From: the human T2T-CHM13v2.0 reference genome, Homo sapiens | DNA: 64,000 bases | Direction: 5' to 3' (one strand) | NCBI RefSeq assembly: GCF_009914755.1 | Contig: NC_060929.1 | Shown here: positions 39,420-57,154 of the stretch, one piece after another | Numbering within the stretch: the stretch's first letter is position 1 | How the letters are laid out: each line of letters begins with the position of its first letter | Position numbers and translations under genes: made by a program | The notes under the pieces: generated by a model | Database searches by the model: none | What the model saw: only the letters and a program-made list of their open reading frames with translations | What the model was told of the DNA's origin: nothing

Positions 39420-39834
39420 TCACTTCCCCCTGGCAGATATTCTCGGGAAGGCTCTGAGCATTCCCTGGGCCTGGAGACTTATTCAGAGTCCCTCTCCAAA
39501 GTGCAGGGGAGAGGCTGGGCGCGGTGGCTCACGCCTGTAATCCCAACACTTTGGGAGGCCGACGCGGGAGGATCACTTAAGGTCAGAAGTTCAAGAACAG
39601 GCTGGCCAACATGGTGAAACCCTGTCTTTACTAAAAATACTAAAAATTAGGACGGGCGCGGTGGCTCACGCCTGTAATCCCAGCACTTTGGGAGGCCGAG
39701 GCGGGCGGATCACGAGGTCAGGAGATCGAGACCATCCCGGCTAAAACGGTGAAACCCTGTCTCTACTAAAAATACAAAAAATTAGTGGGCAACAAGAAAG
39801 AAACTTCATCTCAAAACAAAACAAAAAAAGGAGG

Positions 39835-40940
<1,106 letters not shown>

Positions 40941-41012
40941 TTCAGCCAGCAAAAGTCATCCTTTCCTTACAAAGATTTGCTTCATTTGCACTCTTGCTGG
41001 TGTCGCATCCAG

Positions 41013-41132
41013 GTTGCAGCACTCGGAGCGGGCGAGGCAGGGGGCTGAGGAGCGGAGCCACAAGCTGCAGCAGGAGCTGGGCGGGAGGATCGGCGCCCTG
41101 CAGCTGCAGCTCTCCCAGCTGCACGAGCAATG
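41013..41132 (+). CDS. RUFY1: RUFY1 exon 13 ([40 protein letters not shown])
   Basis: atccag / gtaggg; in frame. Confidence 0.92.
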
Positions 41133-41464
41133 GTAGGGGCCCTGCAGGGAGCCTGGGCTGGGGTGTGGCTCAGGAGGGACTGGGAAGAACTGGGGACAGG
41201 TGGTATCCTGCTTCAGCACGAACGGGAGGAGGGGGGGCGGGGGGGCAGGTGGTATCCTGCTTCACCACTCACCCCTGCAGGGTTCGTATGTTATCCCTAG
41301 GGAGCTCCCTCCCCACAGGGCTCCTCACGTGGTCCAGCTCGCCTCCAGAAGATCTGGCCACTCTCAAACCATGGTACCAGGTCACAGCCTGTATCACCCT
41401 TAACCACCCTTTCTAAAAAGAAACAGCTTTGTCAGTGTTGAACAGAAAGTCACCTTTCACCTAG

Positions 41465-41891
<427 letters not shown>

Positions 41892-42471
41892 TAACCCAGG
41901 ATGGTCTCGATCTCCTCACCTCGTGATCCTCCCATCTCGGCCTCCCAAAGTGCTGGGATTACAGGCGTGAGCCACTGCGCCCAGCCTAATTTTTGTATTT
42001 TTATTAGAGACAGGGTTTTGCCATGTTGGCCAGGCTGGTCTCAATCTTCTGGCCTCAAGTGATCCACCCGTCTCGGCCTCCCAGAATGCTAGGATTACAA
42101 GTGTGAACCACCGTGCCTGGCCTATAGATTTTTTGAGATAATATATATGCCAAGTTAAAAGCCTGATGTTGAGAGAAGAGACATCTTTATTCCCACAAAG
42201 AGAGAGCAGACTCCAGGCGGTCCAGCAGTGCCCCCAGGGCCACTCAGCTGGTAAAGGGCAGAGTCAGCTTCAGGCTGAGGCTCCCTCCTGGCCTTCTCCC
42301 TCCAGGATCCTTCATTGTCAGTCTGGCTGTAGGTTGTAGAAAGCAGAATGAGGCCGGGCGCGGTGGCTCACGCCCATAATCCCAGCACTTTTGGGAGGCC
42401 GAGGCAGGGAGATCACGAGGTCAGGAGTTCAAGACCAGCCTGGCCAACATGGTGAAACGTCATCTCTATTA

Positions 42472-42675
<204 letters not shown>

Positions 42676-43135
42676 TCATGCCTGTAATCTCTGCACCTTG
42701 GGAAGCTGTGGCGGGAGGATCACTTGAGCCCAGGAGGTCGAGGCTGCAGTGAGCTGAGGTTGCGCCACTGCACTCCAGCTGGGGTGACAGAGCTAGACCC
42801 TGTCTCAAAAAAAGAAAAGAACGAATTTTGAGCTTCCTTTCCTCAGGTCTCCATGTCGGGAGGGTTCTGCTTATGTGGTCTAAGTGTTCTAGAGCTCTCT
42901 TCCTTCTCCCCTGCGTAAGTGTCAAGTGTGTGCCTGCAGGCTTTTCTCTCCCTGGTTCCTGCTCTTTCTTGTGGAAGGGCAGGTGACCCTGGGGGAGAGG
43001 GAAGCGTTGCCGAAGGCTTTAGATGCTCAAGAGGCAATTCAGAGACTTCCCTGTTTCCTGGGCGGTGAATTGGGTTGTGAATCTTCCGTGAAAGTCTCCC
43101 ACTGAGACTAACTCAAGTTCATTTTGGGAAAACAG

Positions 43136-43265
43136 CTCAAGCCTGGAGAAAGAATTGAAATCAGAAAAAGAGCAAAGACAGGCTCTTCAGCGCGAATTAC
43201 AGCACGAGAAAGACACTTCCTCTCTACTCAGAATGGAGCTGCAACAAGTGGAAGGACTGAAAAAG
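43136..43265 (+). CDS. RUFY1: RUFY1 exon 14 ([43 protein letters not shown])
   Basis: aaacag / gtgagg; in frame. Confidence 0.92.
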
Positions 43266-45066
43266 GTGAGGTGGGCCATCCCGGGAGAGGAGAGCCTCTG
43301 GCAGCCTCCAGAAACCCCTAACATGCTCCGGGCAGGCTCCTCTCCCCGCACCCTTTGTGTGGGGGCCAGGCGGCTCCAGGGTGTGGGGAGGCTGTTAGGG
43401 AGCTCCTGTTTTAGGAGCATAAGACAAAGACAAATCATAAACCACTAAGCCTGCTGGCAGCTCAGATAGAGGCAAGTGCCATGAAGAGAATAAAGCAGAA
43501 CAGTGTCCTCACCCGTGTGCAAGGGGCCTGGGGAGGGAGCGACCGGTGAGCAGAGGCTCCAGTGAGTTATGCCCTGCAAAGCACCTCTTGGGTGGAGACT
43601 GCAGGAGCAGACAGCAGTGTGAGGAGCAAAGAGGAGGCCTCAGGCGGCAGGCAGGAGGAAGCCCTTCATGGGCCCTGGGAGCCAGGGGAAGGAACGTGGG
43701 TTTTATTTTACCAGAGTGGGCAGCTGGTGGAGGGACAGGATCCGTTCTGTTTGCGGATGGTCATTGGCTCCTGTGTGGAGAGTGGGTGGTAGGCTCGCAG
43801 GAGAGGAAGCTGGGAGGAACCAGTAAACATCTCCTACCACATGCCAGCCTCACCTCAGCCACTGTGCCCAGGGTCGGGTCATCCCTGGGAAGCAGACCGA
43901 CCCCAGCCCTCCACTTCCCCTACATCACCTCAGTTCCATGGAGGACCCTCTCACTTGGAGGCATGGCCTGGATGCTGTGGGCTTCAGAGGGCGAGAGAAG
44001 TGGGGTCCAGCAGGCCTTCACTGTCTGGCTGTGGAACTGGACCTCCCAGGAAACTCCGAGGCCGTGTGGAACATTTGCCCTAATGTAAAATCATCGGCTG
44101 TTTTCCCAGAGGGGAGGAGGCTCTGCGATCCTGGATGGAGCTGACTGCAGCCTGGGGCGCTCTGGGGGGCTCCTCCCACGTGGGGATGGCGTGCCCTCTT
44201 CTCAGGCCCCTGCGCTGCCGAGCGCTGCAGGAAAACTGAGCCCAAAGCAGACCTCCCCTCGGCACCTGCCCCGGAGGGGCCTTCAGGGCCAGGGTGGCTT
44301 CTGGACCTGGATTTTGTTGTGTTGAACGTGGTAATGGACACACTGCACGATTCGAGCGAGTCAGGAAAGGCCCTTTTGATTTCCATTGGAAAGTGCCTGG
44401 AGTTGTTGGGGAAGGGAGAGCTTCCTCAAGAGCCAGATCAGGCTTGGAGAGTGGAAGGGAGGAAGTGGAGGGCAGAAGAGGACTTTCAGAAAGTCCCGCC
44501 TCATCACGGGGCATACCTCCTTTATTCTGCTTCAGAATGCTTCTGTCAAAAGATTCGAATTACACAATTACAGCCCGCCCCAACAATAGGAACAAAACAA
44601 TGTCTAATAACCCCAGTTAAGCCACAGCTTTGTGCTTTGCAAGCCTGTGCATGGAAGCAGAAGCTACGGCACAGGGTGTGCAGAGAGCCACCCCGCCACT
44701 CGGGCCCGAGCTCCACCGCTGCTCCCAGTGGTCCCAGAAACCCCAGTTACTTTCTGGGTCTCCATCCTGGCCTTAACAGACTGGCTCAAGGTGCACTGGC
44801 CCCAGGTGTCAGTGCCGTTGCCCCCTGGGGAACTCCCTCCGTGCAGGGCTCCTCACATGGTCTAGCCAGCCTCCAAGTGGTCTAGCCATGAAATGAGGTC
44901 CCAGGTCACCCCCTTCATCATCCTTGACCAGTGCTTTCCAAAAAAGCAGCTTTTTCAGAATTGAACAGGAAACCACCTTTCAAACTAGTCTTTGCTGATG
45001 CAAGGTTCGTGTGATTTTGTATACAGTTCTTCTATAGATTTTTTGAGATAGCAATCTGTTTTGTAA

Positions 45067-45363
<297 letters not shown>

Positions 45364-45635
45364 TGAATGCCTGACCTCAGGTGATCCGCCCACCTCAGCC
45401 TCCCAGTGCTGGGATTACAGGTGTGAGCCACTGCGCCCAGCTGAGGGTAACTATTTTTAATGTGGCTGATGAATGTAACTATCCTGTCCCATGTCTCTGT
45501 CCCCAGCTGCAGAGCCCTCGTCGAGTGCTTGCCTTTTAGCTGCCCAGTGTCAAGAGTAAGCTAGCAAGAAATAATCTTGAATGACATTAATACAGGACTG
45601 CATTTTGCTCTTTTTTTTGGTTTTGTTTTGTTTGA

Positions 45636-45743
<108 letters not shown>

Positions 45744-45966
45744 TAGCTGGGATTACAGGTGCCTGCCACCACACCCAGCTAATTTCTGTATTTTTAGTGG
45801 AGACAGGGTTGCACCATGTTGGCCGGGTTGGCCTCAAACTCCTGACCTCAGGTGATCCACCTGTCTTGGCCTCCCAAAGTGCTGGAAGTATAGGCATAAG
45901 CCACTGTGCCTGGCCACCTTTTGCTCTTGAAAAACATTCTGATCTGCTTGTTGCTCTGGTTGCTGA

Positions 45967-46433
<467 letters not shown>

Positions 46434-47241
46434 GTAAGAACCCCACTCCCCTTGTCTGCCACTGCAGGCACACCAGGCTACCCACCACATCCCTCAGGCC
46501 CCAAACCTACCTCCTTTTGGCGAACGGAGGGTGGGCCATTTAGGAGCTCAGTCCGCCGTTCACGGATGAGCTCTCAGGAAGCCCGGCCTCAGAGGGGCCC
46601 AGCACTGATCTCTGCTACCCACATGGGGTGTCAGCGAGCTCTTAGTTAATTCAGGAAGCACGTTCATTCCTAGTGACCAGGACACTCTATTCCTTAGCTT
46701 CATATCCAGGGCCTGAGGGAACAGATGGGCAATGAGAGGATCGCTTGGTCAGCCTACAGTCAGGCCAGAGGGAGCAGGGCTGGTTTGGGAACGGAAGCCT
46801 GGCACAGTAGAGGTGCACTCACCCGCCTTGCACAGCACAGCCCCCTTCCTTTCGGGGAACTGGCCACTGCATCCGCCAGAGTCTGTCTGTCTCTGCTGCA
46901 GGTGCTGATGGGGTGCAGACCCTGGTAGTTCTGCTCCCCTCTGACTTGACAGCTCTCCTCCTTGGTGTCCCAGTCTAGATAGGTTGCTGTGGACGCCTGG
47001 GCCTTGGGGTGGATCACACTGCGGACTGTGGAACTTGCCCATTTGTGTGATGATTCTGCATTTTCAACATAGTGGGTAGCTTTTCTCCTCGAGTCAGGGC
47101 GCATGGTTGCAAGTAACAGAAATCCAACTCAAAGTGGCTTAAGCAAAAGAAGCCATCAGGAATCGGTCTCTGTCTCCTACCTCTGCTATCCTGTCTGCCT
47201 CACAGGTGGGTCTGGACCCTGCAGGGGCAAAACAGCACTCA

Positions 47242-47709
<468 letters not shown>

Positions 47710-48216
47710 TCAAAAAAAAAAACAAATAGCTGGTCAGGGAATCTGATGTCTCTGGTGGGAATGCGGTCTGCCCACTCCCAGATGCAGGTGCTGGCCACTC
47801 GCCGTCTCTCCTGTGCCTCTTACCTTTCTAGACTAGCCCATGGCCGCTGCTTCCTCCCCTCCCACCCTCCGCCCTGCCTGCCACCCACTCAGCTGAGTGC
47901 CCTGTGCTGCTCCCGTCTGGCCTGTCAACTTGCCGTGCTCTGGCCCGTTCCTTCCCAACCCCCAGGGAGCTCCTTGAGGGACGCAAGGCCCAGTGTCTGT
48001 CCCCATGCTCAGAGCATAGGCCAGCTGTGAGGGCATCCCGAGAGCACTCACCAGAAGCAGACGTGGAACAGAGCTGGCGTGGAGCTGGCTTCTGGGGTTT
48101 GCAGCCAGTGTTTTCCTCTTTACATTGGATGGACAGCAAGGCAGTGTCACAGGTCCCCTCCTAGTGGACCATAGACCTCGAAACTGTGGTTGGTCTCTGA
48201 TCTTTAAAATGTATCA

Positions 48217-48556
<340 letters not shown>

Positions 48557-49128
48557 CTAACCTAGCTTCCAAATCCCAGTGTGAGCTGCCTGGCCACCAT
48601 TCCCTCCCAGCGAGTGCTGTGGGTGTCACAGCATCAGGTGTATGCAAACCCAGACAGGACTACCTGAGGAGTTGCTTTTGTGCTCTCTCCCCTCTTCCCT
48701 TCTTCCTCTTGCAAGCCTATACCGGATGACAGAGATGGCAAAGCCTCTTCGCAGGCCCTACATTAGCTACAGGAACAGTTTCCAGTTTCATTGGCTTGGG
48801 AACATCTGGATTCTTCCTAAATTGTGTTTCCCAGAGTTCTTGTATGTTCAGTTTGCCTTGTTGACCTGGCTTCCCAAGGTCTGTCCATCTGCGCAGCCTC
48901 TTCTCATCCTGTCAATCTGCTGGCCTATTTCCTGTTTCTGCAGCCGGACCAGGAAGGGAAGGAGCTGCCTCCCGATCTTTAGTAAAAGCCACAGGGATTT
49001 TTCTAAATGCCCTGATGCTGTTTTCTAATCCCTCCCTTAGAAGTCTAGCCTGTGTTTCCCAGAGACCTGCCATTTTGTCACTGAGATGAGTCTAATCTGA
49101 TGATAGTTCAGACTGATCTCAGCTTTTA

Positions 49129-49744
<616 letters not shown>

Positions 49745-50322
49745 TCAGACTGTTTCCCTCAATTGCACAAACTGCTTCATTTTATTTGGTTTAGTTCTGC
49801 CAATTTAGACCATGTTCAGTCCTGTCTCTTGTGTAAACAAAGGAATTGTTCTGACACTGAACAAGAATGGAGCAAGAACAAATGGCTGTGCCATCTGAGC
49901 CTTCCCCCTTCCAGGCAGCAGGCAGCAGAATGGAGGCCGGGGAGAAGCCTGCAGACTCAGGTTCCTGCTGGGGAGAGCGGTGGAGACTAGTGCAGAACAG
50001 GGCCAGGTCTTGGACTTCTGGCCTCAGGCCATCCTCTCGCCTCAGCCTCCCTCAAAGTCTTTTTGAGCCCCTGCAGGCTAAGCAGTGTGTTCTCGTGCCA
50101 GATGCAGTCCCAGGCTCAGCCTCAGCCCTCAGCAGACGGGAGCCAGTGTGATGAGGCAACTCTGGGATTGTACAGAGGCGGAAGGCATTTTAACAACTCA
50201 TGTTCTGGGTCTCCTCACAAGTCCGGTATCCTCACAAAGCTAGTCCTGAGAGCCAGCTGTGTTAGGGATTCAGAGCCTCACTCTCTCTCACTGCTATGAA
50301 ATGGCCTTTTTTTTTTCCTTAG

Positions 50323-50371
50323 GTCCAAGCTGAAGATGGAAGATATAAAAGAAGTGAACCAGGCACTGAAG
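50323..50371 (+). CDS. RUFY1: RUFY1 exon 16 (SKLKMEDIKEVNQALK)
   Basis: Poly-T tract + ag / gtactg. Confidence 0.92.
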
Positions 50372-52028
50372 GTACTGCCTTGCTAAGAACCACTTCTTTG
50401 CTGTCAGCTTGTGCTGACTGCCCGTGTGCTCGTACGTTTAAGTATCCCAACAGTCAGGTGAGAGCGTGTGGTTGAGGCAGTGGTGATGACGTATTGACAG
50501 AGAAGCCAAACGCTGCTCAGAAACGTGTCCCTCGGCTGAAGGCGATGCTGACAGGTGGCCGAAGCTGAGCCTAGGTCTTCCGACTCCAGTTCCTCCACCA
50601 TCAGCTGTGCTTTCAAAATAGGCCTGATGGGCATTCCCTAAGGGGGAAGCAGGTGGCGGAGAGGAGGGACCCGCGGATATCTTTAAACAGTGGAAAACAG
50701 GCCCTTCTGTTGAAGTGAGGGGCCAGAGGCCAGCCAGCCCCACTGCAGTGCCCTGTGCCATTGCTAGGGACCACTCAAGCCAAGCCCTGAGTTGGGCCAG
50801 GTTTCCGCACCCTGGTGGGGAGGGCAGAATGACACATTCCACCGAAGAGCAGGAGTTTGCAGGTGGCCCGGTGTGGGTGCGGGTGCCAGGCTGAGCTGCA
50901 GGGCGGAGAGTGTGGGAGAGGAGGCAGACATTCGGGGGCACGGCAGCCTGGCCTTCAAGACAGCCTTGCCTGCAGGAGCACCCCGCTTCGGCCTCAGCTG
51001 TGCCGTGGCAGCAATGCAAAAGCAGTCCCTTTGCACACTGTTCCACGTGGTGCAGAGCAGGGACCCTGATGTCTCTGGGCATCTAACTTCCAAGTGCCAG
51101 GTCAGGGGCAGCAACTAACAGCAGCCGGGACTTCTAGGTAATATCAGTTTCACAGCATCAGAGGATAGAAATCATAAAACAGGACTCTAGAGCCGCCAGA
51201 GCTCTTTGATGTCAGGATGAATGTCCTGGGCACACACTGGCAGCCCCAAGGGTATATGGCTCTAGCTCAGTCTGTGAGGATCTATTTGTCAGCAAGAAAA
51301 TCTTGTCCAGCAGATGTTAACAGGCCAGAAAAGTACCTCATGCCTTTGACTTCTCTGGAACACCCCAGTCCCTAAGCCCAAATAAATCACAGGTGCTGCT
51401 TCGCCCTGAGAAAGCCCTCTGAGGGGCCACCTTTCAAAGCCTCAGCCGCCTCCCCTGTGGAATGGAGTCCATGTGCTCCCCAGGGCTGGTCAAGAATCAG
51501 GGCTTTGGCCCGCACGGAGAAGGGCTTCCTCAGGCCTGTGGGACGCAGTGCCCGCTGTCCATCACCTTCTGTCTCTCCACAAGGATCAGCGTCAACAAGT
51601 GTCTTAGTCTCACTCAGATTTGGCCCTTCTTCCGCGCCTGCCAGTTCAGCTAGCACTTCGGCCAGTGTCTCAGGCAGGGTCTAGGGTTGCAGGCACCAGA
51701 AGCTCACTCTGCTTACTTCAGCCAAAGGGAACTGATTGAAAGTGGGAGTGTGCCTGAGTGAGCAGATGCTGGAGACCGCCTGGAGGCCCCAGGGCAGCCT
51801 GCAGAGGCCAAGAAGTGGAGCACGGAGCTAGGATGCAGAAATCCCGGCTGCGGCCAGACGGGGAAAGAGCCCCTTGATGACAGTCCTGTGAGGCCCCATC
51901 TGATGGAGAAACAGTGCCTCACTAGGAAACAGGTGCTATGAGGGACAATGGATGTGGCCAGAACGCAGCTACCCACTCATCAGGGGCTTAGACAGAAAGT
52001 GGATTCTAGAATGTCCTTTCCTCTTCAG

Positions 52029-52106
52029 GGCCACGCCTGGCTGAAAGATGACGAAGCGACACACTGTAGGCAGTGTGAGAAGGAGTTCTCCATTTCCCGG
52101 AGAAAG
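52029..52106 (+). CDS. RUFY1: RUFY1 exon 17 (FYVE start: [26 protein letters not shown])
   Basis: FYVE WxxD and CxxC motifs. Confidence 0.96.
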
Positions 52107-53155
52107 GTACGTGGGGGCTCCACCCACCCTCCCAGTGCCCTGAGTCGTTGCCTGCTGGATTCCCCTTTCTCTGGTTCCAGAAGCCCATATCAGAGCAGGC
52201 TCACTGCCCGGTGACTGTGCTGACTGTGGCAGATGGGCAGCCCCGCCTCTCCTGTTTGCCTGTGCAGATGGCTTTCCATCCTGGCACCCTCTTTCTGGGA
52301 GGCCTTGGCCAGTCATAGGCCCCTGGTCTCCAGCACATCCTTTCAGTGATTGACAATGATTTTTGGGGAGATGGGGCTCCTTGTGTGCAGAGCTGCTCTA
52401 GGGGAGTGTCATTGAAAATTCTCTGTATGCGGCAGGAACAAAATCTGGCCCAACTTAGGCAAAAACAATCTATGGGGAACCTACAGGGCAGCAGGTCACC
52501 AAAAATCACTAGTGATCTAGGCAGCATGCTTGCCCCTGCCCTTTAGGTTCTGGAAACAAGGTCCTAGGCTCACCCTTGGGTCTAGGGTTGACTGGGCCTT
52601 ATTAACAGTCTCACCAAGACCAGCTGGGTAGGGGAAGAGTTGGGTATAAGCAAAACTGGGAGCTAAAGGAAACACTGCCAGCGCCACCCACCTTTCTGCC
52701 ACAGCCATGTTCTGTCTGTTCCCATCAACAGCCTAGCTCTGTGGAAGAGAGGAAGCCACAGCTACCCCACCCGCTCCCCAACCCGAGTTTCAGGCAGTGC
52801 CTTGCAGTAAGCTCAGAGCTAGAAACCACGTCCTGAGGCTGCCTTTGAGATCACATGTGTCTACAAGGCCTGGCTGTCCCCATCTGTGGAGTCAGAAGCA
52901 GAGGCTGCACAGGTGCTCATCTTGATGTCTTATCAGGCACCCAGGGAACCTGTTTAGAAAGGGATCTACTCCACCCCCTTGGAATGCAGCAAAGAGAACG
53001 AACCAGACTCTTCCTGTAACATGGACTAGCAGCTCACTGGCTTAGTGATGAAGTACAGCAAAAGTAAACTTTTTGTCTTAAAAACACCCTTAGGCCGGGC
53101 ACGGTGGCTCATGACTGTAATCCTAGCACTTTGGGAGGCTGAGGTGGGTGGATCA

Positions 53156-53397
<242 letters not shown>

Positions 53398-53824
53398 TCA
53401 CGCCTGTAATCCCAACACTTTGGGAGGCCAAGGCGGAGGCAGATCACGAGGTCAGGAGATCGAGACCATCCTGGCTAACATGGTGAAACCCCGTCTCTAC
53501 TAAAAATACAAAAAATTAGCCAGGTATAGTGGCGGGCACCTGTAGACCCAGCTACTGCCGGAGAATGGCGTGAACCTGGGAGGCAGAGCTTGCAGTGAGC
53601 TGAGATCGCGCCACTGCACTGCAGCCCGGGCGACTGAGCAAGACTATCTCAAAAAAAAAAAAAAAAAAAAAAAAGACCCTTGTTTGCACACAGCCCCTCA
53701 CCACCCCACAGAAACATAAGAACCCATTCCCAGCAAATGATGCGCTTCTGGGTCAGGAAGCAGGGAGGGTGTGCGGATGGCTTTTCCCCGGGTGTCCTGT
53801 GACCGCCTTCTTCCCGTCCTGTAG

Positions 53825-53968
53825 CACCACTGCCGGAACTGTGGCCACATCTTCTGCAACACCTGCTCCAGCAACGAGCTGGCCCTGCCCTCCTACCCCA
53901 AGCCGGTGCGAGTGTGCGACAGCTGCCACACCCTGCTCCTGCAGCGCTGCTCCTCCACGGCCTCCTGA
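53825..53968 (+). CDS. RUFY1: RUFY1 last coding exon ([15 protein letters not shown]...[20 protein letters not shown])
   Basis: FYVE R(R/K)HHCR and RVC motifs; TGA at 53966-53968; spliced CDS from 2849 totals 1803 nt = 600 aa + stop. Confidence 0.97.
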
Positions 53969-54440
53969 ACGTCCGTCCTCAGGAGCACAGCCTCACGGAC
54001 AGTGCCAAACCCTGTGGGTCTCCAGGGGCTTGGGAAATGTGTTCTTTCCCAAGAGAATCAAAGGAAAGAATCAAATTTCTTGCCCGGTCACTGGCACTCC
54101 AGAAGACAGCGTGCCGGAACCGGCAGCTCTCACCTTTCTGTGACTTGTTCGGAATTAACTCCTCTGGATGGAAACTTCCATCTTACTTGGTTACATCACG
54201 GCTCTGGTTCAGATACAACTTCATGATTTTGCTACTATCATTTTTCACTTTTCAAAGAATTTAACCTATTTTACAGCAGTTCAGTTCTGCTAGTGAGTAG
54301 TTTTCCTCTCCTACCTTCCTTCTAAAAACCTGATTCATGCACAGCGTTTGACACACATGGAGTCTGCCAGTGTGCCTTCTCTGCTTCAGACAAGAGATCT
54401 GCCATTTCATGCCCTTGTGACTACCTATCATTGGCCCTGC

Positions 54441-54446
54441 AATAAA
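54441..54446 (+). terminator. RUFY1: RUFY1 poly(A) signal AATAAA
   Basis: AATAAA about 470 nt after the stop, followed by U-rich and GU-rich sequence. Confidence 0.85.
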
Positions 54447-56687
54447 ATCATTTATTTTTCACTCTGGTGCGTGCAGAAGCTTGTGTCAACTTCCAAAGAG
54501 CCCACCGCACCGGAGGAGGCCTCAGAGCGCCCCTCGTGCCCGAGCCCCGTGTGAGTGAGAGGCTGCTGGTGCTGCCCCAGAGCCTGCAGGGCAGCCTGGT
54601 GAGCCAAGGGCAGTTTGCAGGGTCAGCCTGCCGTCAACAGGCAGAGGAGGTGACCCCAAGCCTGTCACCAAAGTGCAAGAGTCGTTCACGTACATAGTTG
54701 GGAGTTTGATAGGTTACAGATGGAGACACCTGTGAAAAGGCACGTGCCAGGCAGCCATTTTTCACATTTCAAATGCAGCGCTACGACTGGCTTCCAGTCC
54801 CTCCCTCGGAGGCCCCCACCCCCAAAGATCCAATGGCCCGGGGCTCCCTTCCGGTAGAGACAACAGCATTATCAAGTCCAGACAGCCAACAGTCAAGTCT
54901 TCCAGGCCTCATCCTTCTCCACCTTCTATACACATACCTTGTCCGCGACCCTACCCTCCCTTCCCACGGGCTTCCTACCCTCGCCAAATCCAGGCCTCAG
55001 GATTCCACTCCTCCTTTGGGCTCTTCCTCCGAAGCAGGCTCCCCCACGACCTGGTCAGCCCTGGTAGATGCTTGCATGGCACCCTCAACTGAATTCCTCC
55101 TCTGCCGCTCCCTCCCCTCAAACCGCTCTGAAGATGGAAAAGGTGGGAGCTTGGGCAAGACTCAAGGATTCCCCCTCCATCCTATACCGCTTAGGACTGT
55201 GCGGCCAGACTTCAAGACGAGGTCCGCCCTGCTCCAAAGCCATGTCCTAGCAGGGTTCCAACCCTATTAGGCAAGCACATTGGCAGCCCTCCCCTTTCCT
55301 CACCCCTCACCGTAACAGCTGCCGTCTCATACAGGGCCAAACTTTCAGAAAAAACTGCCTATCACTCACTACCCCTAACTGGCATATATGACATCTGTGC
55401 CTTTTCAATACACCCAGTTTGGACCCCTAACTTGCTAGGCAGCCTTAGGCAAGTCAGTTCACTTGAGTCTTAGCTCTCATCTGCACACACAAAAGCAGAA
55501 TAATCTATCCCTCCCCTACTTCAAGTCTGTTCTGACAGCTCAGTATAAAAACATGCAGGAGGTTCCCACCTCTGTGCCTGACACTTGGGTATAAACACAA
55601 GTGTTTAAGTGAAATTTTCAAAGTTGGCAATATTTGGTCAAGATAACTTCCCTACTCAGAAACTGAAATATATTCCAAGCCCTAACTCTGGAATCTCCAG
55701 TCCCTGGTCTGCTACCATACCACCTTTACCCAGGCCTGAGAAATGAAAGATAGATGTTTTAAGGCAGCACTTCCCAAGTCAACTGAGGTAGGGGTGAGTG
55801 GTCAGGATTTTGTTTAAAATGCAGATTCCAACTGACAAGGTCAGGAGGTTAAGTTACTGCAAACAAGCTATGGAGCATAAGATTCCAAAGAACCATAATG
55901 CTTCTAGACTTTTTTTTGAGACAGGAATTTCGCTCGTTACCCAGACTAGAGTGCAATGGCACGATCTTGGCTCACTGCAACCTCTGCCTCAGTAACTGGT
56001 ATTATAAGCGTGCACCACCATGCCCAGCTAATTTTTGTATTTTTTTAGCAGAGACAGGGTTTCACCATGTTGGCCAGGCTGGTCTCGAACTCCTGACCTC
56101 AGGTGATCCACCCACCTCAGCCTCCCAAAGTGTTGAAATCACAGGCGTTAGCCACCGCCCCTGCCCTAGACTAGCCGTATGGCTCTGGATTTAGTTTAAC
56201 CTTACTCCAAGTTTCTAGTTCTACTCCCTTCTCTAACAGGGCAAGCTTTATCCTTAAATGTACCACAGTTAACTAAAGAACCCAGAGAAGGGACCTTCAA
56301 TCTTTCTCAATACTGGGCCTCAGTACCAAACTATTAACGCAAGATCTCAAGGGCAGTAACCAAGCTTAGAACACAGCTCAACAACTCTCAACACTGCCTC
56401 CCCCGACAACTGCTGTTCTCTAGACCTGCCAAAGACAAAACCAACAATACACATTCCAGACCCTTCCCTCTGCTAGTGTCCAGTCCTGGTAGGGCAAGCA
56501 AGGTAGATCTGCAAAGCCCTCCCCTCCATGTCTCCTGCATGCACTGCTCCTGTGGGCAGATGGTTAGAAATGACCGATACTAAGCCACTCTGTCCACCCT
56601 ACCTAGCTCTACCCCAACAACAAACTCAAGAAAAGCTCGTGTAATCGCAGAAAAGAGAAAGCTTATCCACACTTCGCTTTAAAGGGC

Positions 56688-57018
<331 letters not shown>

Positions 57019-57154
57019 TCAGACACTACATTCTAATTTCATTATCAGGGACTTGAATCTAATGGGATGAAAGTAGTAGCGGCAGTTCCCACACTGCAGC
57101 ACCCCTGAGCATCTGCTGAAGGAACCCCGGGAGCGTGCTTTTCAGGACTGCTTT

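Noticed and set aside
43546-44885. Long ORFs (180, 188, 144 aa) in GC-rich RUFY1 intron 14
   Set aside because: No recognisable domain, many overlapping frames, mostly non-ATG starts; expected by chance in GC-rich DNA. An antisense lncRNA here cannot be supported from sequence alone
50438-51118. 214-aa minus-strand ORF and overlapping ORFs in intron 16
   Set aside because: Low-information composition, no homology that I recognise, no supporting splice or promoter structure
54773-55270. 165-aa Pro/Ser-rich ORF downstream of RUFY1
   Set aside because: C-rich sequence, probably degraded L2 or low complexity; no recognisable domain
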